IMG/VR virus record: IMGVR_UViG_3300024343_000011 | Reading direction: 5' to 3' (one strand) | Length of the DNA stretch: 64,000 bases | Source: an uncultured virus (IMG/VR IMGVR_UViG_3300024343_000011) | Taxonomy: Duplodnaviria > Heunggongvirae > Uroviricota > Caudoviricetes > Crassvirales | In this document: positions 1 through 6,379 of the stretch, piece after piece | How the letters are laid out: every line of letters starts with the position of its first letter | Position numbering within the stretch: the stretch's first letter is position 1 | Notes under the pieces: model-generated | What the model was told of the DNA's origin: nothing | Seen by the model: only the letters and a program-made list of their open reading frames with translations | The model's database searches: none | Made by a program: the position numbers and the translations under genes

Positions 1-222
1 AAATTCTTCAATATTTTGCTCACTTGTACAATCAGTGTTATCCCCATTACAAAAAGCATTTTCAATTCTTTCCTTTTCCATTTCTTTGGCTTGTTTTTCT
101 AATTCAAATCTTTTTGCGTGAAATTCTCCAATGCAAATTATTTTACCGTGGTATTGTGCGAATAGTTTCCCAATCTCAATACCGAACCACTCCACTGCCG
201 TTTGTTGTTTATTGTTTGTCAT
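1..222 (-). CDS. partial small early protein, MTNNKQQTAVEW family (runs off window)
   Basis: Manual translation MTNNKQQTAVEWFGIEIGK...EKQAKEMEKERIENAF; ATG overlaps the TGA of the upstream ORF; paralogous to 759-965. Confidence 0.75.
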   Translation of the reverse strand, partial: MTNNKQQTAVEWFGIEIGKLFAQYHGKIICIGEFHAKRFELEKQAKEMEKERIENAFCNGDNTDCTSEQNIEEF

Positions 223-542
223 TGCTCACCTCCTCCGTAGGTTAATGGTACTTCAATTACCTGCACACCGCAATGGTCTGCATTATCCCATAAGGTTGAA
301 TCATCACAATTTAGAATCTCTAATAGATGCCTTGCTTCTTCTTCCGTTGTTTCTTTGGTATTGTAGATGATGAGAGTTCTTTTTGTGGTGATTGGTGCTA
401 AATTCTTAAGGTGTTTTTCAATCATTGATTCGTGGAATTTTTCGGGGTAATTTTTAAGGTAATCCCTAATTGCATCAGCAGTGTTTAGCAATTGTTCTTC
501 TGTATATAGTTTCATTGCCGTTTGTTGTTTATTGTTTGTCAT
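219..542 (-). CDS. hypothetical early protein (MTNNKQQTA head, TYGG tail)
   Basis: 107-aa ORF overlapping both neighbours. Confidence 0.7.
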   Translation of the reverse strand: MTNNKQQTAMKLYTEEQLLNTADAIRDYLKNYPEKFHESMIEKHLKNLAPITTKRTLIIYNTKETTEEEARHLLEILNCDDSTLWDNADHCGVQVIEVPLTYGGGEQ

Positions 543-774
543 CTCCGTATGTTTCGTTAATTAATGGGACTCCTTCAAGAATAGGTGCATTTGTTAATGG
601 TCGGTGTGCAATAATTAATTTACACGCACCTAAATCAGTTAGGTAGTTAGGGAATTTATTAATTGTCAAACCACCTTCAAGATGATATTGACCCATAAAT
701 GGTCTTACATCTTTAATGTGTTCATCACTTACAGTAAGTGCGTAGTGTTCTGTGTATATTATTTCGTCTTGCAT
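529..774 (-). CDS. hypothetical early protein
   Basis: 81-aa ORF ending ETYGDDKQ. Confidence 0.65.
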   Translation of the reverse strand: MQDEIIYTEHYALTVSDEHIKDVRPFMGQYHLEGGLTINKFPNYLTDLGACKLIIAHRPLTNAPILEGVPLINETYGDDKQ

Positions 775-965
775 TTGTTACCTCCGTAGGTTTTGTTATA
801 GTATTCATTAAAGTCAACTTTCATTAGACCAGCCTCCCAACTTTTTATGTGTTGGTCTTTTTGCATTTCTTTGGCTTGTTCAAGTATTTCTTTCATACTT
901 AAATTTGGTTTTAACATTTCTTGTTCCAACCACTCTACTGCCGTTTGTTCTTTATTGTTTGTCAT
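759..965 (-). CDS. hypothetical early protein, QTAVEWL...EQAKEM...YYNKTYG family
   Basis: 68-aa ORF with an ATGA overlap. Confidence 0.7.
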   Translation of the reverse strand: MTNNKEQTAVEWLEQEMLKPNLSMKEILEQAKEMQKDQHIKSWEAGLMKVDFNEYYNKTYGGNKCKTK

Positions 966-1177
966 AGTAAGTCTGTTTTAATTAGTGTGTATTCTACGGA
1001 CTGGTGATCGCTTGTCCAAGTGTATGTCTCTGGGTGTGTCATTGCGAACTGACCCTCTTCCTCGTGGTAGATGTCAAGTGTGTATGACAGGTCTGCCTCA
1101 GAAGGCTCTGAGTCGAATGCGCAGACGATCCCGTCTACATTCGATAGTACCCATGCGTGTCTTTTTGCCTGTCTCAT
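962..1177 (-). CDS. hypothetical protein
   Basis: 71-aa ORF coupled to its neighbours. Confidence 0.6.
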   Translation of the reverse strand: MRQAKRHAWVLSNVDGIVCAFDSEPSEADLSYTLDIYHEEEGQFAMTHPETYTWTSDHQSVEYTLIKTDLL

Positions 1178-1338
1178 CGTGCTCTGTAGTATTTAATGGT
1201 TAGATAAGTGAACCGAACAAATCCAATGCCTCCGAGTACTCCGAGGATTAGAACGATTGACATTGGTGAGTAGATCGCCCATGCTACAAAGAAAAGGCCG
1301 ATGATTACAATTAGTGCTGTGATTAGTGCGTTGAGCAT
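1174..1338 (-). CDS. small two-TM membrane protein
   Basis: MLNALITALIVIIGLFFVAW...; start reassigned to ATG 1338 after an A-rich leader. Confidence 0.6.
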   Translation of the reverse strand: MLNALITALIVIIGLFFVAWAIYSPMSIVLILGVLGGIGFVRFTYLTIKYYRAR

Positions 1339-1471
1339 TGGTTTATTTTTACTGTGTCCCCTACATTTTTCTCTTCCAACATCATCAGGCTGTAGGTCTT
1401 TCCTGTGGTGTCCTTGCATGCGTACCTGTACCCACCGCTCGGGTGTGGCATCGACGCTAAAATGATTAGTA

Positions 1472-1675
1472 CTATCGTTGTGATGCTTTCCATATAATTC
1501 TATTTAAGTATTTCTGTCCTACCCCAAGGCCACACGCAGTGCGTATGAGCCAGTAAGTCGTGCACTGATATCGTGTAACCTCCTCGTCCTTCTTCTTGTC
1601 CCATGCGATAAGCTTATCACCTATCCATGCGTACACGTATCGTTTCTTTAATTTCTTCAACAAGCGTGTCTTCAT
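1472..1675 (-). CDS. hypothetical basic protein
   Basis: MKTRLLKKLKKRY...; ATGA overlap with the upstream stop. Confidence 0.55.
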   Translation of the reverse strand: MKTRLLKKLKKRYVYAWIGDKLIAWDKKKDEEVTRYQCTTYWLIRTACGLGVGQKYLNRIIWKASQR

Positions 1676-2103
1676 TTCTCCGCGATGTTTAAGGTGATGT
1701 CTCTGCCGTCCACCAGAACAACCAAGTACATGTTGTCGCAGGCCATCATCTCTGAGTACTGCATGATGTAGTTTGCCGTGTCTTGACTTAGGTTCTCCTT
1801 GGTCGTGTGCTTGGTCGTTCCCTCTACCCACTTGTACTCATTGGGCATCGGAATGACCAGTCCGAAGCAAAAGTCATACGCAAAGCCATCGTCAGATAAG
1901 TTGTCGAGTAGTTTTACGATGTTCCCCTTCTTGGGCTTGCATGTCTGACAGATGACGACCTTGTGGGTCTCGTCTATTGAGTCTGAGATGGCATGTCCGT
2001 CACCGCATGCACATGTGTGCAGTGTTAGGATGTCTGACTGGGTGCCATGGATTTGAGACAGAAGGCTTCGAGCCTCTGCCGAGTTGGTTGCGTAGTATAT
2101 CAT
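1672..2103 (-). CDS. hypothetical protein, possible Zn-binding (CxC...CxxC)
   Basis: 143-aa ORF containing CACGDGH and CQTC. Confidence 0.6.
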   Translation of the reverse strand: MIYYATNSAEARSLLSQIHGTQSDILTLHTCACGDGHAISDSIDETHKVVICQTCKPKKGNIVKLLDNLSDDGFAYDFCFGLVIPMPNEYKWVEGTTKHTTKENLSQDTANYIMQYSEMMACDNMYLVVLVDGRDITLNIAEK

Positions 2104-2336
2104 TCTTTACAAATTGCTAGTTCTGTTTGTGAAATGAACTCGGAGAAGTATCCGTGCTCAAATAAAAAGTCCTCAAACTCCTCTGAGTTTCCCACGCTGA
2201 TTGATATCAGTGGGAATCCCTTGGAGTCTTTGCCGTCAGATGTAACGCTGAAGCATTCAGCGTAGGCCATCATGCATGGCTCTTCCACTATCACGATTGA
2301 TGGGAAGGCCTCGATTAGTATATCTTTGAATTCCAT
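2100..2336 (-). CDS. hypothetical protein
   Basis: MEFKDILIEAFP...; start reassigned to ATG 2336. Confidence 0.6.
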   Translation of the reverse strand: MEFKDILIEAFPSIVIVEEPCMMAYAECFSVTSDGKDSKGFPLISISVGNSEEFEDFLFEHGYFSEFISQTELAICKE

Positions 2337-2349
2337 ATTTCTTTTAATT

Positions 2350-2376
2350 AAAGAGCGACCCAGCAATCGCTCTTTT
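2350..2376. terminator. terminator-like hairpin
   Basis: AAAGAGCGA-N8-TCGCTCTTT with short T tracts on both strands. Confidence 0.45.
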
Positions 2377-2438
2377 ACAACAAAACACAACAATATTTCA
2401 CAACCTTTCGTTGAGGGCTAGTGCTGGCTAGCCTTTGT

Positions 2439-2476
2439 GCACGGGACGGGCTTCGAACCCTGTTCATATCCCGTGC
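2439..2476 (-). ncRNA. tRNA-like minihelix (acceptor-like stem + T-arm)
   Basis: GCACGGG-AUAUGA-AC(A)GGG-UUCGAAG-CCCGU-CCCGUGC. Confidence 0.55.
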
Positions 2477-2582
2477 TGTTCACCGCATCACCCCATGGTG
2501 CTCCACCCATGATTCTAAGGACTGGGACTCAGTCCAGTGTGCGTACATAGTGGTCAGTCATTCGACTGCCAAATTACTTTTC

Positions 2583-2598
2583 CAATATGTCAAAGAAC
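2583..2598 (-). promoter_or_regulatory. rrn-type boxA-like antitermination site
   Basis: GTTCTTTGACATATTG directly after hairpin CAAGACAT-AA-ATGTCTTG. Confidence 0.5.
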
Positions 2599-2690
2599 AT
2601 GGCAAGACATTTATGTCTTGTCCTTAACCCCAAGCGATCCGACTTGGCTTAGTACACGGGACTCGTGTAGGTGTTGTACTAGGTTGGGGA

Positions 2691-2852
2691 TTAACCCAAC
2701 TCTAGTATTTCGTATTGAGCCACATCGCTAGATGATTCTGCAATAACATTGTATGCGTGCTCCTCGGCCTCCTCCTTGCTTGGGAAGAACATCTTCCTAG
2801 ACCACAGGTCGTTTCCATCCTCGTCTTGGTATATAATCTTAAATTCAACCAT
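2691..2852 (-). CDS. hypothetical protein (not in ORF track)
   Basis: MVEFKIIYQDEDGNDLWSRKMFFPSKEEAEEHAYNV...ELG*, 53 aa; start overlaps the end of the upstream gene. Confidence 0.65.
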   Translation of the reverse strand: MVEFKIIYQDEDGNDLWSRKMFFPSKEEAEEHAYNVIAESSSDVAQYEILELG

Positions 2853-3252
2853 GTCTTAGAATTCTTAAAAAGTCGTCCGAAGTGATGAATGTTACTGCGT
2901 CGCATCCACGAAGGTTGTCGATGACTGCCTTTGGCTTAGCAAGGGGAGAGAAGAATACAAGGTCACCCCTTCTTTTCTCGAAGATAATCTCGTAGCACAC
3001 CTCGAAGTCTCTGACTATCTCGTATACGTTCACCAGTTCCGCTCCGCATAGTGCGTGAACTAATGACTGGGATGGGTACTCGATGCCGTATCTTACACTA
3101 TCATCGCTGAAGTCGTGACCATCCTCGCAAAGAGACTCGCTCTCGTCGTCGTGTAGTTCGTAGACCTCGTAGTTGGCCTCGTGTAGGTACTTGGCAACCT
3201 TGGGTTGCACTATGTACCATGTGAATCCGTCTTGTGTTGTGAATGTGTTCAT
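2845..3252 (-). CDS. hypothetical protein
   Basis: MNTFTTQDG...VYELHDDESESLC; start follows a promoter. Confidence 0.65.
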   Translation of the reverse strand: MNTFTTQDGFTWYIVQPKVAKYLHEANYEVYELHDDESESLCEDGHDFSDDSVRYGIEYPSQSLVHALCGAELVNVYEIVRDFEVCYEIIFEKRRGDLVFFSPLAKPKAVIDNLRGCDAVTFITSDDFLRILRHG

Positions 3253-3261
3253 ATCTGTACG

Positions 3262-3293
3262 CAATATTAGTTACTATCTTGTTTATAACCTAA
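3262..3293 (-). promoter_or_regulatory. Bacteroidota-type early promoter
   Basis: TTAG-N20-TAATATTG. Confidence 0.55.
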
Positions 3294-3305
3294 TTTATTT
3301 GTCAT

Positions 3306-3503
3306 TTAATTGTCATTTAATAGCACAATTGATGTGAGCATGCTATTGTTTTCGTCGTGCAAGTCCTCGAACACAAAGTTGATTGGTGTTACGTCTGAGT
3401 CCTCGTCATGTCTGAAGTTTATCTCGATGAGAGATAGGTCGTTGCCGTCTGACTCAATCTCATTGAGGAACTGGCGAAGTTGTAGTGCTGTTAAATTGCT
3501 CAT
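3306..3503 (-). CDS. hypothetical acidic protein
   Basis: MSNLTALQLRQFLNEIE... Confidence 0.55.
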   Translation of the reverse strand: MSNLTALQLRQFLNEIESDGNDLSLIEINFRHDEDSDVTPINFVFEDLHDENNSMLTSIVLLNDN

Positions 3504-3505
3504 GA

Positions 3506-3775
3506 TTAGTCCTCCCATCCATTAGACCAATACCTTACAGCGTTGGCGTACGTTCCCTTTGTGCATCCTTTTAACTCATCCCGTGACGGGATAACGTTTC
3601 CGTAGTAGTCGGTGAATGATTTCTTTGGTAGCATGCAGATACCCATCTCGAGCAGTCGCATTGCCTCGCGTCCCATTGAGCCCTCCATCTTCCAAACGGA
3701 TCCGTTGTTGATGAGTCGTTGCATGTAGTCAACTCCCGCTGACTTTTGTCTTGAGTAAATTGTTTGTATGTTCAT
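3506..3775 (-). CDS. hypothetical phage protein
   Basis: QRLINNGSVWKMEGSMGREAMRLLEMG, a motif typical of small phage proteins. Confidence 0.65.
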   Translation of the reverse strand: MNIQTIYSRQKSAGVDYMQRLINNGSVWKMEGSMGREAMRLLEMGICMLPKKSFTDYYGNVIPSRDELKGCTKGTYANAVRYWSNGWED

Positions 3776-3984
3776 ATCTTGTTTTCTTTAACCCATATAA
3801 CCATAAGTTCATTTATTTCACCAATGATTGTTTGTCTGTACTCTGAAAAGAATTTTGTTAACATCTGATTGCAGTCCTCATCATTTAATGATGGAGGAAT
3901 TCCGTTGGCCATTTCAATTGCATTTCGCATGTCGTTGGCGTGCCATGATAGGCAAGAGTCGGTGATAAAGTTTTTGTTGTTCAT
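3772..3984 (-). CDS. hypothetical protein
   Basis: MNNKNFITDSCLSWHANDM...; start 20 nt after the minihelix. Confidence 0.65.
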   Translation of the reverse strand: MNNKNFITDSCLSWHANDMRNAIEMANGIPPSLNDEDCNQMLTKFFSEYRQTIIGEINELMVIWVKENKI

Positions 3985-4004
3985 GTCTATTTGTTTTTTA
4001 TTTG

Positions 4005-4047
4005 AACCACGGAGGGGAGTCGAACCCCTCTCGTTCCTTTCGTGGTT
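4005..4047 (-). ncRNA. tRNA-like minihelix (acceptor-like stem + T-arm)
   Basis: AACCACG-AAAGGAACGA-GAGGGG-UUCGACU-CCCCUC-CGUGGUU; perfect stems and a canonical T-loop. Confidence 0.65.
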
Positions 4048-4360
4048 AGTCCTCGTCGTGTCCAAGCATCTGAGCCAGTGCCTTGTGCATGTCGAGTGGG
4101 ATAAAGTCCTCGACGTGGCTGTACTCTTTTAACTTGCCCTTGATGTGCCATACTAGGTCTTGCAGTTCGCTCACCTCGTTAGGGCTGGGCTCCACCAACT
4201 CGATGTTGGTGTCCTCGACGATGATGTTGCACTGCTCCAACTCTTGGTAGTTTATGGTGTCCTTGTTGTCGTCCAACCAATCGTGTACCTCGATGGTGTT
4301 CTCTGCATCTACTACCAACTCTGTGGCGTAGGTTCTGCTGATGATTACGTTGTATTTCAT
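4046..4360 (-). CDS. hypothetical protein
   Basis: 104-aa ORF with TAATG coupling. Confidence 0.65.
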   Translation of the reverse strand: MKYNVIISRTYATELVVDAENTIEVHDWLDDNKDTINYQELEQCNIIVEDTNIELVEPSPNEVSELQDLVWHIKGKLKEYSHVEDFIPLDMHKALAQMLGHDED

Positions 4361-5061
4361 TATTTTAGTTTGTTGATTAGGTTGATGATGTTGTCCAATT
4401 GGTTCATGTGAATCTCGTAGTAGTCGTCGCTCCTTGAGTGGTTGTGCAGTTCGTTGAACTCGTCCATCGCCACGTCCAATGTGTGTAGCATGGCATCGAA
4501 GTCCTCGGACTTGTAGTCGCCTAGGCCGGCCTGTTCTGGCTCGTCCGATGTCGCTCTTCTGAGTATCGATGTCGCTCTCTCGTGCCCCTCGACCATCAAC
4601 TCATCCACGAAGTTGTACAAGTCATTGTAACTTGGCCTTGCATAGTCGACCTCTTCTGGCTCGTCTCCCTCTCTCATGAGGCGGTACTCGGATCCACTAG
4701 CGCAGTCCCATATAGCCTCTTGGTCATGGTGCTGTCCTAGAACGATGGCGACCTCCTTGGTCTGCACGTTCTCTGAGATGTCAAAGATGAATCGGCCAGC
4801 GTTGACCCAGCATCCCATGTAGTAGTTCGGGTCGGCCAATTGCTCGGCATGGCGGAGGAAGTAAGACCTACCGAATGCGATAAGGTCGCAACCACTTGGA
4901 GCCGTCTCCTCGTATCCCTTGATGGATACCATGAAGCCTTGGTCGGGGTTGTGGTCGCCCGTGTTGATGTTGTAAGAGAAACCGATGTGGTTTGTTTCAG
5001 CGTTGCGCAAGTGTGCGATGAGTGTGTTGTGGCTAGTGCCCATTACGATAGTTGATTTCAT
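4360..5061 (-). CDS. hypothetical early protein; N-domain resembles a domain in the giant virion protein
   Basis: GFSYN...GFMVS...MGCW...FDIS...AIVLGQHHDQEAIWD; start reassigned to ATG 5061 after a promoter. Confidence 0.7.
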   Translation of the reverse strand: MKSTIVMGTSHNTLIAHLRNAETNHIGFSYNINTGDHNPDQGFMVSIKGYEETAPSGCDLIAFGRSYFLRHAEQLADPNYYMGCWVNAGRFIFDISENVQTKEVAIVLGQHHDQEAIWDCASGSEYRLMREGDEPEEVDYARPSYNDLYNFVDELMVEGHERATSILRRATSDEPEQAGLGDYKSEDFDAMLHTLDVAMDEFNELHNHSRSDDYYEIHMNQLDNIINLINKLK

Positions 5062-5084
5062 GTCAGTTGTTATTAAAGTGTTCA

Positions 5085-5116
5085 CAATGTTAGTTATAAT
5101 ATCCGTACTTTCCAAA
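5085..5116 (-). promoter_or_regulatory. Bacteroidota-type early promoter
   Basis: TTTG-N20-TAACATTG. Confidence 0.6.
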
Positions 5117-5117
5117 T

Positions 5118-5516
5118 TTATTTTCTTGATTCTATCCAAAGTTTAGCGCGATAGTTCATCTCTGACTCAGACATTACCACGTCGATGAAGTCGGTTCCCT
5201 CTAGGTTCACCACGTTCAACTCTATGATTTGGTTTCCCTCGTCGACAGATACGTGGTATCCGTTCTCCTCGAACCATAGCCATGCCATCTGAAATTCAGT
5301 CCTACTTGGGGCTTGGCTCATGACTTTGTGTAGGTCGGTATCTTGGAAGTGCATCTCGCTTCCGTCCAAGAAGTACAAGGTCTGACGTGTGCCGTCGATG
5401 GTCTCCACGATGTGGGCTCTGACCTCGCCGTGCTCGATTACTTCGTACATGCTGTCGTCCTCGCTAGAGATGATGTAAGGCCATTTTACTTCGGGTAATT
5501 TGTTTAAGTGCTTCAT
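5118..5516 (-). CDS. hypothetical protein
   Basis: MKHLNKLPEVKW...; start 20 nt after the hammerhead cleavage site. Confidence 0.7.
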   Translation of the reverse strand: MKHLNKLPEVKWPYIISSEDDSMYEVIEHGEVRAHIVETIDGTRQTLYFLDGSEMHFQDTDLHKVMSQAPSRTEFQMAWLWFEENGYHVSVDEGNQIIELNVVNLEGTDFIDVVMSESEMNYRAKLWIESRK

Positions 5517-5530
5517 GTTCTTGTTGTTTT

Positions 5531-5586
5531 GGTTAAGATGGGGTGCTTCCACCCCATTTCGACTATTAAAGTCTCATCAGTTAACC
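5531..5586 (-). ncRNA. type I hammerhead ribozyme (AUC cleavage)
   Basis: GGUUAA-CUGAUGA-GACU-UUAAU-AGUC-GAAA-UGGGGUG-GAAG-CACCCCA-UC-UUAACC: complete core and three stems. Confidence 0.9.
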
Positions 5587-5880
5587 TTATTTTGATACGA
5601 TGCTATGCTCTTTGATATGTATGGCACAATCATATTCGCAGTTGATTGTTGTGCGCTCGTATCGTGTTCCTCCTTTGGCCGATTGACGTAATACCTTTGT
5701 CAAGTTCGCATAGTTGTAGGGGATGTCCTTGAACGTGTAGATTGGAGAGGTCTCCTCGATTAAGGTCACCGATAATGGCGTGTAACCTAGTTTAGCGATG
5801 CCATTGTACATGGCTTTGATGTTGGTGTACACGTCCGTGTGAAGGCCGTCCTCACTTAGATTGATTGAATAGATTTTCAT
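5587..5880 (-). CDS. hypothetical protein flanked by two hammerheads
   Basis: 97-aa ORF. Confidence 0.7.
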   Translation of the reverse strand: MKIYSINLSEDGLHTDVYTNIKAMYNGIAKLGYTPLSVTLIEETSPIYTFKDIPYNYANLTKVLRQSAKGGTRYERTTINCEYDCAIHIKEHSIVSK

Positions 5881-5894
5881 GTCGTTGTTGTGTT

Positions 5895-5961
5895 GGTTAA
5901 GACATGGATGAGTTCGCTATGCTCACCCATGTTTCGGTCATTCAGACCTCCTCAGTTAACC
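5895..5961 (-). ncRNA. type I hammerhead ribozyme (GUC cleavage)
   Basis: GGUUAA-CUGAGGA-GGUC-UGAAU-GACC-GAAA-CAUGGGUGAG-N9-CUCAUCCAUG-UC-UUAACC. Confidence 0.9.
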
Positions 5962-6228
5962 TTGGGTGATTGCTTCCTTGATGGCCTTTAGTTCAGCCCT
6001 CATTTGTGTGGCCGTCCCCTTGATGCCAAAGTAAGCCTTGACGTCCGATATCTTCCAATGACGATTGGGCTTCATTCCAATTTCGTACAAGCCTAGGTCT
6101 CTGATTGTAACGATTAGATTGTAGTACCCCTTTGGAGTAACTTTTCCGTTGATGTTGATGGCCTTACTCTCGTCGATTAGGTCTGCGAAGAATTGGCTTT
6201 TTCCGTTGATGATTTGTTGTGTGTTCAT
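5956..6228 (-). CDS. first gene of the early operon, hypothetical
   Basis: 90-aa ORF; its stop codon lies inside hammerhead stem I. Confidence 0.7.
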   Translation of the reverse strand: MNTQQIINGKSQFFADLIDESKAININGKVTPKGYYNLIVTIRDLGLYEIGMKPNRHWKISDVKAYFGIKGTATQMRAELKAIKEAITQG

Positions 6229-6251
6229 ATCGTGTGTGTCTTATGACATCA

Positions 6252-6283
6252 CAATGTTACAACCGATTGTTGACAATTACTAA
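6252..6283 (-). promoter_or_regulatory. Bacteroidota-type early promoter
   Basis: TTAG-N20-TAACATTG. Confidence 0.55.
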
Positions 6284-6379
6284 CCTATCAACATTTATTT
6301 TCTCATATTGCAATCTTTTTACAATTCCATGACAATTCATTTAATGCGTAGATTCTCAAGGCCTTGCAGATGGCGGGTT

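Larger units (their letters stand above)
185..965 (-). repeat. three direct repeats of the gene-start sequence ATGACAAACAATAAA(C/G)AACAAACGGCA
   Basis: 185-222 vs 928-965 share 36/38 nt; 516-542 is identical to 196-222; tail motif CCTCCGTAGGTT at 232-243 and 781-792. Confidence 0.9.

Noticed and set aside
185..965. CRISPR array
   Set aside because: Repeats are coding gene starts separated by 300-400 nt; no cas genes.
1360..1400. Third hammerhead ribozyme
   Set aside because: CUGAUGA and GAAA are present but no stem II or stem III can be formed.
2436..2512. Full tRNA gene (GGGTGGAGCA...GGTTCGAAGCCC resembles tRNA ends)
   Set aside because: D and anticodon stems do not pair and there is no CCA; only the local minihelix is supported.
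2702..2905. ORF-track 67-aa protein
   Set aside because: Another frame (2691-2852) gives a more protein-like product with an ATG overlapping the upstream gene end.
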